NCBI RefSeq assembly: GCF_030028105.1
Contig: NC_092379.1
Location: forward strand, 22,049,309-22,113,308
Length of the DNA stretch: 64,000 bases
Direction of reading: 5' to 3'
DNA from: Mobula birostris
Lineage: Eukaryota
Made by a program: the position numbers and the translations under genes. Of the stretch, positions 36,036 to 47,559 are shown piece after piece. Below the pieces are notes generated by a model. It was not told the DNA's origin. It made no database searches and saw only the letters and a list, made by a program, of their open reading frames with translations. Every line of letters starts with the position of its first letter. Position 1 is the first letter of the stretch.

Positions 36036-36919
36036 GTTAGTATCAGAAATAATTTATATTGAAAGCTGCACTGATGTCAGAGCATAAATCTGGAGTAGGA
36101 AGCTTTGTCAGATAATGTAGCAGCATGGCAATGAATTCCTTTATTCTGCTCTTACAACAACAGTGAGAAAATGTATAAAAGTCAATATGGGCAGTGAAAC
36201 TCTGTATCAGGATCTGCCTCCATTGTATCCACTCCGTTGTCTAACTTCAGGAGCCTCTCCACCACCGCCTCCCACTAAACCCTCCCTACAGATCAGCTCC
36301 TGTACACATACAGAGACCGCTGGCCCATCATGCCCCTGCACACAGAACAACAATTTAAACTTTACCCCACTCCTCCTGCACTTCCCCCCCCCCCCACCCT
36401 GCAGCTGCCCCTCTTCTGGTAAAAGCAATCCCTTGTGAATGTGATGGAGGAATCCACTCCACTGCCCTTCTTTAACCAGCTTCTCACAGATCTGAACAAG
36501 CCTCTGCAGTTACAACAAAATAATTTCCTTCTGTCCATCTGTTCTCCTTTCTCATTAAAAGTAAAATTGTGTTTCCCAAACTTGCCAATGGAAACAGTCC
36601 CACACCATGTACTCCTGCTCACAGGAGCTGGTATCAGTCATTCTCCAGTAAACAATTAGATCATGGCAGGTCTGCACCTCAACCCCATGACCCACCTCTC
36701 CGCATTATCATAGCACAGTGGGACACACTGCTGGGAGGCCCAAGTTATACACCCAGCCCTCCCACTCACTGGTGTGAGCCATCAGATCATCAGATCAGCT
36801 GTAAATTAACAACATTCTTGAGAGGGCTGGAATTGGGGAACTTGCCTGGGATGAGGGAGAATGAAGTCAAAAACATGGGCAAAGCAATCATGTACTGACA
36901 GATATTAAATGTGTTACAG

Positions 36920-37231
36920 CTACTGCTATAGCTCCGAAGCTCAGCTCCCTTGTTCCATCCCGGGAGGCAATCCACAGTCAAGCAAATGTTGTCCTGGCCT
37001 GTGTGATATCTGGATTCACTCCTGACAACGTTGAAGTATCCTGGAAAAAAGCTGGATCTGCCCAAAAAGGGATCATTCTCCCTTCCACTTCGAGTTCAGG
37101 TGGTAGATTTGAAACAATCACTTACCTGACAGTGCCTGTGCAGGAATGGACCAAGGAACAGAAATATACTTGTGAAGTGAATCACGCACCTTCCCATTTC
37201 AGTGGTCAGGTCAACATGATGTATCAAGGGG
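36920..37231 (+). CDS. IgW CH2 exon, the first intact constant domain
   Basis: TAIAPKLSSLVPSREAIHSQANVVLACVISGFTPDNVEVSWKKAG...QEWTKEQKYTCEVNHAPSHFSGQVNMMYQG. 312 nt, phase 1/1, donor GTAAGT. Only the two canonical Cys. Closely resembles nurse-shark IgW CH2 as I recall it. Confidence 0.93.
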
Positions 37232-37914
37232 GTAAGTGATATCAGAAGAAAAATTAAGTAACTTAGAGTACTAAAATACTGAACTAATACTCCCACCCAA
37301 TTCCTGTCCCTACTGTCGATCTAGTTGAGTGATGTACAGATGATCTTTGCACCTTGAATCAACTCATATCACCAGCAGCTTTAACCCCATCTACTGGGCA
37401 GGAAAGGGGTAAGATCAGGTCACCTGTCCATTCCGTCTCAATAATTTTAGTTGTCTATGTTTGTAGTTATAATGAAAATAAATTAGTGAGCAAAGCTCAC
37501 ATCCCATGTTTTACCTTCTAGAGAAAATCTCCCTGTTCCCTTTTCACTGTCCTCTCAGTGTTAGTTCCTCAAAAAAATATCTCTGCATTTTTGTATTTGT
37601 TTCAGTCTCCAGAGTCTATTTCCAGTGTTTCCTGAGAGACTCTTCTGTCAATTGTCCACTCACTGAAATGTAGGTGGCGGGATTAATTTTGAATTGATGC
37701 CCAATCCTCAAGTGAATGTTGTGACCTTGTGTCCTCAGATCCTCGACCAGGTTCAGAGAGCACATTCATTTATCATGGCTGACAAAACCTCATCCTGACA
37801 GGATGTGATATACAGAGGATACAGAGTGGGAATATGTGGGGCTCCCTTTTTCCCAAGCATGGGAAAAGAGGTGAAAATATCTAACAATTAAATCTATGAA
37901 TCTTCCGTTTCCAG

Positions 37915-38036
37915 GTCCCGACTGTCTTTCGAAGCCAGTGGCAATGTTGTTTCAACAGAGTAATCTCAATGCAACATTCTCCGATGGTTCTACCCAACAG
38001 TATCATTGTTCAGCAATAAATTGTGAAATAAAGTGA
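37915..38036 (+). CDS. IgW short-form secretory tail exon (GPDCLSKPVAMLFQQSNLNATFSDGSTQQYHCSAINCEIK*)
   Basis: Acceptor TTCCGTTTCCAG, phase 1, open to TGA at 38034-38036; AATAAA at 38015 and 38027. QSNLN..FSDGSTQQYHC...CEIK matches the IgW-short tailpiece as I recall it. Too short for the supplied ORF track. Confidence 0.9.
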
Positions 38037-38149
38037 TTGGCTGTCTACAATTCGTCATTGAATTTTATTACACTCCATTTACTGGATTCCAGACCTGCCT
38101 CTGGTATCCATTGGGATTGAAGTTTAACAGAGAGAGAAGAAAACACGAT

Positions 38150-38810
38150 TCAAACTGACTACCTCTCCAATCGCATTTCTATATCCTCGTGGCCACCTAT
38201 TTCAATTTGACTTCCCATTCCCATCCTGACATGTCTGTCCATGGCCTCCTCTACTGCCATGGTGAGGCCAAATTCAGGTTGGAGTAGCAACACTTCATAT
38301 GCCAACCCGATCCCATGAATGCTTATTCCCTAACTTGCAGTAATAGTCCCCACTCCTTTATTCTCCATTTTATTCTATTCCCCATACTAGACACCCCCTC
38401 ATCCCTTCACTTCTCCTCACCTGCCCATCATCTCCATTTGGTTCCCCTCCTCCTGCACTTTCCTCCATGGTCCACTGTCCTGTCAGATTCCTTCTGTTTC
38501 AGCCATTTATCTCTTCCACTTATCCCCTACCAGCTTCTTATTTCATACCTCTCTCCCGTCCACACACTTTCCCCCTCACCTGGTATCACCTCTCATCTGA
38601 CAGAATGTATTCCTCCCTACTCCACCCACCTTCTTATTCTGGCTTCTGCCCACTTCCTTTCCAGTACCAGTGAAATCTCTCAGCCCAAAATGTCGACTGC
38701 TTATTTCCATCCACAGATGCTGCCTGACTTGCCCAGTTCCTCCAGCATTTTGAGTGTGTTGTTCAAGATTTCCAGCATCTGTAGAACCTCTTGTGTTTCT
38801 GGTTGTCCAT
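38150..38810 (+). mobile_element. Penelope-like/SINE-associated repeat remnant
   Basis: 38200-38320 encodes HPDMSVHGLLYCHGEAKFRLE*QHFI, resembling the GIY-YIG endonuclease C-terminus of shark Penelope-like elements, followed by the CT-rich tail and GATGCTGCCTGAC repeat end. Boundaries approximate. Confidence 0.6.
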
Positions 38811-40832
38811 ACACTCATTCATTTGTGTACATTGTTGCTTCAGTGTGACTCAGATCCCAATTCCAGTTTCCTTGGCCAGATTCCCTCTTGTCTAACTCCA
38901 GTCAACAAGAACTGGAACCTGTTTTTCACCCAATGGCTGTGAGGCACGAGGTGATGAAGGTGAACGGGGCTGACTCAGTCAAAGGACGGATGACCCTTTG
39001 ATAATTCTGGGAACAAGACAAATTGGTGAGAGAAGACTCAGGGGTCTAACCAGTCTCCTGTCCAATCTGACATGCTTTGTGTGTAAATCCTGGATCAGAC
39101 AAATTGCTAAAGTTACATTGATCCACGTGCCGGACAGTGAATTCAGTCCAAGAGGGAAATTCAGTGACTCTAAGGAATGTCACAAAGGAGGATGTTTTGT
39201 TAGAATTACCCAAGCATTGACAGAATTATATGCTTCTTGTGGAATAACACCAGCATTCAGTAATAAGGGGAGCGAACTTGACACGGTCAGGTTTTATGAG
39301 GGGACCGCATTTCCCAGGGACTGCTGAACATCAAGACTGTGCTGATATGGGACATAACTGAGAAACCTGCAGAAAACATGTTTAACAACATCACAGTGCT
39401 GATTAAACTAAGATTCACAATTCAATGAGCATTCAGTATACACCTAGGTTTGCATATTTGTGGTATTACTCGACAACAATGGTCATCTGGACTATACCCA
39501 CGGACTTTCTGTTTTAAAAGAAAATTGCTCATAATCTTACTGACATGAGAAAGGTGAAGAAATACACATCACACCTTGTCGGATGATCCGGGCCAGTTAG
39601 ACTGGAACTGTGTGTGTTACGTCTGCTCTTTCTTCAGACAAAGACACTGACTCACAGTCTCATTGAAGGTCTCAGCCATGACACAAACACAATCAGCCTG
39701 CACACTAAATGTCAAAGAGCAGAAACACCCCACGTGCCTGAAGGTGACCGAGTGTGTAAATGGTGAACACAAAGTGCAGGGAGCTGCAATGTAAGTGAAC
39801 TGACGATCGTGCAGTGGGAGACGACCTCAACAACTTCACTTGACCGCAATCACACAAAACTGACACTAACCCAGAGGACAGGTGACCCAACACTTGATCA
39901 AAGAGCTGTTTTATTCATTTATCATTTCCCATCAATCACTGATCTCTCTGGAACTGAGGGCTTGCTGCCTCATTCCTGATGGTGATTCAGCTCCAGCCGT
40001 GTTGCTGCAGGTCTGGAGTCGCAAACCAGCCAGACCAGACGAGACTTCTCTCTGGAAGTTACCACAGAAAATAACACTACAAATACCTCCGTAGTCTTCT
40101 TTTTACTCCAAAAAGCATTGATGAATTGAATTTAAACTCCCATCCACCAGGTTGGGATTTGAACCCATTTTGCCAGTTCATCAGTCCCTAACTTATAGAT
40201 ACACTCTGACCATGGCTGCTCATTTCAAGAGAGACAGAGGCTTCAGTGTTTGTCAGCAAGAATGCTAAAACCACAGGCACCAGCAGAAGTAGTGCAGTGT
40301 ATGAGTGAGCAGAGTTGAAAGAATACAATGTTGTCTGAAGTTTGTGTGGGTGGTGAAGGCTGCAGAGATGAGGAGAGGCACAGCCACAGTGAGACTGGAA
40401 TGTCGGGATGTGAAGTTATTAAACTGAGTGAATCCCAGGCTCAGCCCAGATGGAGAAAGGGATTGTCACTGATTCACAGTGTTCACTGTTACTAATCAAT
40501 GACACCGAGTCTCCAAGCAAAGAATATACTGAGCTGTGTCTCTGCTGAGAAATCTGCATGCTTCTCTGTCTCACAGAGCTCCGTCTCACAGTGAACCGAT
40601 TGGTATAGTTATTAGAAAGGGATTCTAAACCTCGTTAGCACATCCTTTGTTCTGAATTTCTTTTCTCAATCAAACGTATAGGAATATGAGGCACGTGACT
40701 CAGCCCTGGGTGTTCCTGTTATTCTGTTTGCATTAAATGCAGCTGTCAAGTACTGATGATCTGCCTGGACCTAACACAACCAATGGAAATATCTCCAGTA
40801 AGATTCTGAGCATTTCCATTTCTAACCCACAG

Positions 40833-41135
40833 AATTGTCTCTCTTTATTCAAAATCCCGACATTGAAGAGATGTGGATCGACAAGTCTGCTACCGTGAAG
40901 TGCACAGTTATCTGTACAGATCCCAAAGATATCCACATCTCTTGGCACGTGGGCGGGAAGGAGAAAACTAAAGGAATTCACACCCATCAAGCGGAGATGG
41001 ACGGGTCCCGATACAGAGTGCTCAGCGAACTCCAGATCAGTGTGGAGGAGTGGTTCAGTGGGGTGGAGTACGAGTGCTCTGCTCAGGAATCTCCTTCATC
41101 TTCCCGAGTGTCAGCACGGACCAATAGTACCAAAG
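40833..41135 (+). CDS. IgW CH3 exon (IgNAR C2-like)
   Basis: ELSLFIQNPDIEEMWIDKSATVKC...SW...SVEEWFSGVEYECSA...TK; AG/GT boundaries, phase 1/1. Confidence 0.93.
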
Positions 41136-41223
41136 GTGGGCAAGAGACCAGTGATTAAATGGCCAGCATTAGTTACCTGAGTCAAAATGTTTGACATTTC
41201 CTTTGTTTTCTTTTCTATTCCAG

Positions 41224-41541
41224 TCAAGATAAGAAGTCCCAAGGTCAGACTGCTGCCTCCACCTCAGGAAGAGACCAAGAATTCGAAAACAGCCACACTG
41301 GAGTGTGTCGTGTCTGGATTCTACCCGGACCAAATAAATGTCACCTGGGAGAAAGGCAGCACCGTGATCACCTCCAACACCAGCGCGACACCGACCACTC
41401 TGGAGCAGGGGTGGACTTTCAGTGCCAGACACTTCCTGACCGTGAGTTTACAGGAGTGGAAGACAGAATCAGTCTTCAGCTGTACAGTGACTCATCCCCC
41501 CTCCAACACCCGTATCAAGAAGCAAGTGAAGAACGTCCAAG
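41224..41541 (+). CDS. IgW CH4 exon (IgNAR C3-like)
   Basis: VKIRSPKVRLLPPPQEE...ATLECVVSGFYPDQINVTWEK...EWKTESVFSCTVTHPPS...NVQ; donor GTAGGG at 41542. Confidence 0.93.
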
Positions 41542-42879
41542 GTAGGGTCCTGGGATGCATCCCATTATTGAAATTGTTCACATTAGGCTATGAATTCAAG
41601 GTAAACACCTAATCATGGTGCAGCCCAGGTTTAGTTAAGTGCGTGAACTGATAAAGTTCAAAGTACAAAGTACACTTATTATCAAAGTATGTGCACCATA
41701 TACAACTGTGAGATTCTCTTCTTCCAGGCAGTCACAAAACAAAGAAACACAATAGAATTCAGAGTCAAACATCCAATGTGTGAAAAAAGATTGTGCAAAC
41801 AATAAAAAAATTCAAACAAACAATCCACAGAAACTGAACCGCAGAGCCCCCTGAAGTAAATCCACAGCCACGTTGCCAGTTCAGCACTGCAACCGGTCCA
41901 GGAGACCGATGGCTGCAGGCCACGGCCGTGGAGCCAGGCTCAGTGCTGAGCTGAGTGCCGATGGCTGCAGGCCGCAGCCGCAGAGTCAGTTCAGTGCTGA
42001 GGCGAGTGAAGCCTCATCGAGAAGTGAGCTGAATACCGGTTTGTCCATTGACTCAGCCTCAATGCCTTCATCTTTTTAATCTCTCTTGGCACTTAAATCG
42101 GCCAATCAACGGTTTGTTTTCCACTCTCAACCAACATAATCCACACTTTCACCATAGAAATAAGAGTATCCCAGAAAATACTTTCATAACTGGAGGAGAA
42201 TCCAGACCATTTCACTCGACAGACTCTCTGCAACTCGCTGATACTCGTCTTCAAAATGCTCCTTCCCTCTACCTTTGAACCTAATCCCGGCCTCCGATCA
42301 GTGCCTCAGATGTGACTGAATTTCCAGCAGAGCAGCTCTCCCTCTGCTCCTGTGTGGGAATAGTCAGCCTGGACAATGTGTAGAAGCCTCAGGAGGGCGG
42401 CCTGAACACACTACATTCTGACAAAGCAGCAGCAAATGTTAGTTACACCTGATAGACAAAAAGAGTGCATTTTAATATTTGTAACAAAAACTAAATATTT
42501 CTCAGAAATTTTGAAATATTAAGTGTATTTTCTGGAAGATTTTCATGTGAAATTTTGCTCTGTTTCTTGTTCCACCGACACATTCTGAAATACAGGGGAT
42601 TTTCTGTATTTGTTTTAATAAGTCTCTGGTAACAGTTTAAGTAACCATGAAACTGCAAAAGACAATCTGCGGGCCAATCTTGTTCATTTACGTTTGCTCA
42701 GGGTATTACCCTGTCTGCTCAAAAGGGGAGATTCCTTTCTTCACCAATGTAGATTGGTCTCATCTCATCTTGATGGGACTGGCAAATCATTGACCAGGAA
42801 TGAACAGGAAATGTTGGTCGTCAGAGACAAACTCATCCATTTGGGAATTTTGAAATAATAATTGTGACGTTTCTCCCAG

Positions 42880-43200
42880 TTGACTGCTCAGATACCCCCC
42901 TCTCAGTAACTTTAAGCAAACCTCCCTTCGAAGAGATCTGGACAAAGAGGACAGCGACCATTCTGTGTGAGGTGGTTCACAGTGATTTACAGGGATTCAG
43001 TGTAACCTGGCAAGTGGACGGAAGGAAGAGGGAAGATGGGGTGAGGACTCTGGGTCCAGACGGCAACGGAGGTGAAGAGGTGATCACCAGCAGTCTGACA
43101 GTCCCTGCTGCAGAGTGGAACAGTGGGGCTGAGTACTCGTGTGTGATAGAGGACAAGAGTTTGCCAACACCGGTGAAGAAATCCATCAGGAAGGACACAG
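42880..43200 (+). CDS. IgW CH5 exon (IgNAR C4-like)
   Basis: VDCSDTPLSVTLSKPPFEEIWTKRTATILCEVV...TW...EWNSGAEYSCVIED.SLPTPVKKSIRKDT; donor GTACGT at 43201. Confidence 0.93.
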
Positions 43201-43801
43201 GTACGTGTGGACAGAATTCAGTGTGAGTCTGATCTTAGAAATTGGACAGATTAATCACCATCCAGCACTGCTCAACCATTCAATCTGGTCTCAGCTGATC
43301 ATCCAAATTCAATCCCTGTTCCTGTTTTCTCCAGATATCCTTTGACACTTTCACCCGAAGAAGTATATTCAACCCATTCTTGAATATGTTAGATGATAAT
43401 TCTTCAAGTGCTTTCTGTGGGAGAGAGTTCCACAGGTTCTCACTCCTTCTCACACGTACACAGCTTAGACTGCCACCCCTGCTCCAGGGGAGATGGAACA
43501 AACAGCACAGGATGATGCAAGTCCAGGGGCTGAGTTCCACTTTCTGTCGAGTTGCTGTGTTCAGCGACTCCCATTGATTAAACTGAATAGACTAACCTCA
43601 CTGGAAGCTGTAAAATGCAGCAGGTCCAAGATTTCCACTCCACAAATCCCAACGATGAGCAGAAAGGGAAAAGCCTTCAGTTTCAGATCAAGTGAAGCCC
43701 CTCAGATTTAGAAATTGTTCATGTTGGTGAAGACCAGAATGTGTCGGGTAAGTAGGGAATTATTGGAAGATTCATTCTAACTGAGATTCTCTCCGTTCCA
43801 G

Positions 43802-44187
43802 GTGGTGTTCTGACTCGTCCTCATGTCTACCTCCTCCTCCCTTCATCAGATGAGGTAGACACCGATCAGACTGTGACCTTGACGTGTCTGATCACCAAGT
43901 TCTCTCCTGCAGACATCTATGTGGCCTGGATGGCCAATGACACCCTTCTGAATACAGGGTTTGTGAACCAGCCAGTGACCAAGGACCCCAGAAATGGCTG
44001 GAACACAATGACCAGTCAGCTGAAGGTTTCTCCTGAGGAGTGGAATAGCGGCACCACTTTCTCCTGTGTGGTGGGTCATGAGTCGCTCCCAACCAACCTG
44101 TTCCGAAGCATCAATAAATCTCACAGCAAACCCACCCTGGTCAATGTCTCACTCGTTCTGACTGATAGTTTTAAATCTTGTGTGTAA
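43802..44187 (+). CDS. IgW CH6 exon with contiguous secretory tailpiece (long secreted form)
   Basis: GGVLTRPHVYLLLPS...TLTCLITKFSPADIYVAWMANDTLL...EEWNSGTTFSCVVGHESL...SKPTLVNVSLVLTDSFKSCV*; tailpiece has an NVS sequon and a penultimate Cys. Confidence 0.95.
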
Positions 44188-44999
44188 TACTGTGTGATTC
44201 AATCCATGAAACCCCAGTTTTGTTAGTTTTATGACTATTAATTATCACAGAGGATTATTTAGCTGATTAAAACATGATTAAAATCTGGACCTTTTAACAT
44301 AATTAAGAATGAAATTAAGATCAAGAACCAAATTAAACTACAAACATCATTCACCACAAATCTCTGAGTTTGTGTGTACATTCTTAGACCTTCTTCTGCC
44401 ACATTTGAATGGATTTCAGCCCTGAGTGGGACTGCACAATGTATTAAATCCTTGTACGTGTCAATGTACCGATCCAAGTTCAATAAATATGACATGAAAA
44501 TGTATTCATTGTGATTTTTGGTGATGAGAAAAAAGGAACTTTCAACATGAGGCGTGGCACGTGACACACAGTCAGGGAGAAATAGTAATCTTTGTTTCTC
44601 TAGTGTCTGAACCCTTCCTGCATCGGGTCTCCCACTGATCAGCTGTCAACTGATGGTCAGAGAGATTAGAATGTACGGCAATCTGACAAAGAGTTGAGAG
44701 TTGAAACCAGTGACCAAACGTCATATCGGTGTCAAAGATGTTGGATCACTGTTTGAGGGCTCCTTGTCCCCACTAACATTTCTGCTCCTCATCTGGTGTC
44801 TGTGTGTCACTAACTAAATGAAACATATCATTGTTGGGAACTGTTCTGTTGCAATGGCACAGTTAAACATCTGTCTGTCAGGGCAGACGGTTTGCATCTG
44901 GACTGAAGGGGGACTAATATCCCAGTGAGAAGGTTTGCTTGTGCTGCATGGTGGGGGTGGCAGGGGATGCCGGTTAAACTAGAGTTGCAGGGGGTGAGA

Positions 45000-47170
45000 A
45001 CCAGAGTGTCAGAACAGATTGTGGAGACGTTGTGGAGGCAGATGTTGTTGAGACATTAGACAAAGTCAGGAATCAAGATGTTGAGCATGGTGTGAGTAAT
45101 GTTCTGAGCTGCGTATATCTCAAAGCAAGTATTACTGTAGGAAAGGCAGATGAACTCAGGGCAGAGATCAATACATGGAATTATGATATGGTGACCATTA
45201 GTGAGACTTGGTTGCAGGAGAAGCAGGACTGGTAGCTCAATATTCTGGGGTTCCATTTTTTAGATGCACAGAATGGGAGGGATTAAAGTGCAAATGTGAC
45301 GGCAGTGTTCAGTCAGGAGAGACTGGAGAACTCCTCTTCTGAGACTTTACAGGTGGAAATGGGGACTAAGAAAAGTATGGCTCTGTTAATGGGGCTATAT
45401 TATAGATCGCCCTGCAGGACCTAGAGGCACAAATTGTCGGGACATCACAGGCTATTGCAAGAAACACAAGGTTGCGATAGGAGGTGATTTCAACTTTCCA
45501 CAAATTGACTTGGACACCCAGACTACAAAAGGGATGGAGTCTGTCAAATGTATTCAAGAAAGTTTCCTTAATCAGTAGATAGAAATCCCAACAGAGTGTG
45601 TGCAATACTTGATATCTTATTCAGGAATGAGACAGGGCAGGTGACAGAAGATTGTGTACGGAAACACTTTGCATCAACTGATCATAATGCCATTAGTTTC
45701 AAAATAAATTTGGAAAAAAATAGATCTCGTTCCCAGGTTCAGAATCTAAATTGGAGAAAGGCCAGTTCTGATGATATCAGAAAGGATCTGGTAAGCGTGA
45801 ATTGGGACAGGCTGTTTTCTGGCAAAGGTGTACTTGGTAAGTGAGAAGCCTTCAAAAGTGAAATTTTGAGAGCACGTTGCTTGTATGTGCCTGTCAGAAG
45901 AAAAGGCAAGGATGATATTTGATATTGAGGCCCTGGTTAAGAAGTACAAGGAAGTGCACAGCAGGTATAGGCAGGTAGGGACAAATGAGGTACTTATGGA
46001 GTGTAAGAAATATGAAGAAAACACCTAAGAAAGAAATAAGAACGGCTAAAAGAATGAACGAATGTAAACAACAGGAATTCTACAGATGCTGTAAATTTAA
46101 GCAACACAGATCAAAGTTGCTGGTGAACGCAGCAGGCCAGGCAGCATCTCTAGGAAGGGGTGCAGTCGACGTTTCAGGCCGAGACCCTTTGTCAGGACTA
46201 ACTGAAGGAAGAGTGATGCTGGACAGCAAGTGTTGTGGACAGCAAGAAAGACTATCAGAGCTTGTAGTGGGATCTGGGCCAGTTGGTAAAATAGTCTGAA
46301 AAATGGCTGATGGAATTTAATGCAGACAAGTGCAAGGTGTTGCACTTAGGTAGGACCAGCTGAGGTAGGTCTTACACAGTGAACGATGGGACACTGAGGA
46401 GTGCAGTAGAACAAAGAGATGTGGGAACACAGGTTCATAATTAATTGAAAATGGAGGCACAGGTAGATAGGATCATAATGAAATCTTTTGGCATACTGGC
46501 CTTCATAAATCAAAGTACTGAGTACAGGAGATGGGGTGTTATGTTAAAGTTGTATAAGACATTCTTGAGGCCTAATTTGAATTGAATTGAATTGAATTGA
46601 CTTTATTACCTACATCCTTCATATACATGAGGAGGAAAAATCTTTACCTGTTCAGCTTTGGTCACATCTGCAGGAAAGGTGTAAATAAGCTTGAAAGAGT
46701 ACAGGGAAGGTTTAAGAGGATGCAGCCAGGACTGAGAAACTGAGTTATAAGGAAAGATTACACAGGTTAGGACTTTATTCCTTGCAACGTAGAAGGTTGA
46801 GGGGAGATTTGATGGCGGTATAGAAAATTATCAGGGGTATAGATAGGGTAAATGCAAGCAGGCTTTTTCCACTGAGGTTGGCTGGAACTACAACTAGAGA
46901 TCATGGGTTAAGAGTGAAAGGTGAAATGTTTAAGGGAAACCTGAGGGGAAATTTCTTCACTCAGAGTTTTGTGAGAGTGTGGAATGAACTGCCAGAGCAA
47001 GTGGTGCTTGCAAGCTCAATTTCAATGTTTAAGACAAGTTTGGATGTTACATGGATGGGAGGGGTATGAAGGGCAATGGTCTGGGTGCAAGTCAATGGGA
47101 CTTGGCAGCTCAAATGGCTCGGCACAGACCAGATGGGCCAAAGGGCCTGTTTCTGTGCTGTACTTTTCTG
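45000..47170 (+). mobile_element. CR1-type LINE fragments with nested SINE
   Basis: ORF2-like fragments (KADELRAEINTWNYD.V.ISETWLQE; DHNAISF), RT C-terminal remnant and CR1 3' end. Approximate span. Confidence 0.7.
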
Positions 47171-47559
47171 TGACTCTGTGACTGTCAGACAATGACCAAG
47201 ACCAGACAGTTTGTGTCTGCATTGCTTGCAGTTGAGAAGAATCCAGATTTCTGGACAAACATATCAGATGTAAAAGGGGCACGAGAGGGTAGATGTTGGG
47301 AGAATTTCACCTGTCATACAGCAACGAACAAGGGGACAGAGTTACAAAGTAAGGAGCAGGACATTTGAAACTGTGGTGCAGAGATTTCTTCCCTCAGATG
47401 GAATGAATTCCCAGAAATCTCAGCCCAGAAGATGGAATCTGGTGGTCTGCACTTCCTCCTGTTTTCTTCTTGTGAGTTCAGTGGAGACAGAGACAGAGAG
47501 GATTAGAAGAAGAGACAAAGGATGAGACCAGAACTATGCAAATAAAGAAATAGGTGTGT

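Noticed and set aside
37605-37670. Strong-looking acceptor TTTGTTTCAG after CH2 as an additional secretory exon
   Set aside because: The phase-1 product (VSRVYFPVFPERLFCQLSTH*) has no similarity to Ig tailpieces; the true tail exon is at 37915.
38315-38848. 177-aa ORF and the many other 60-180-aa ORFs in introns and repeats
   Set aside because: Low-complexity or antisense translations of LINE, SINE and CT-rich sequence with no domain signature.
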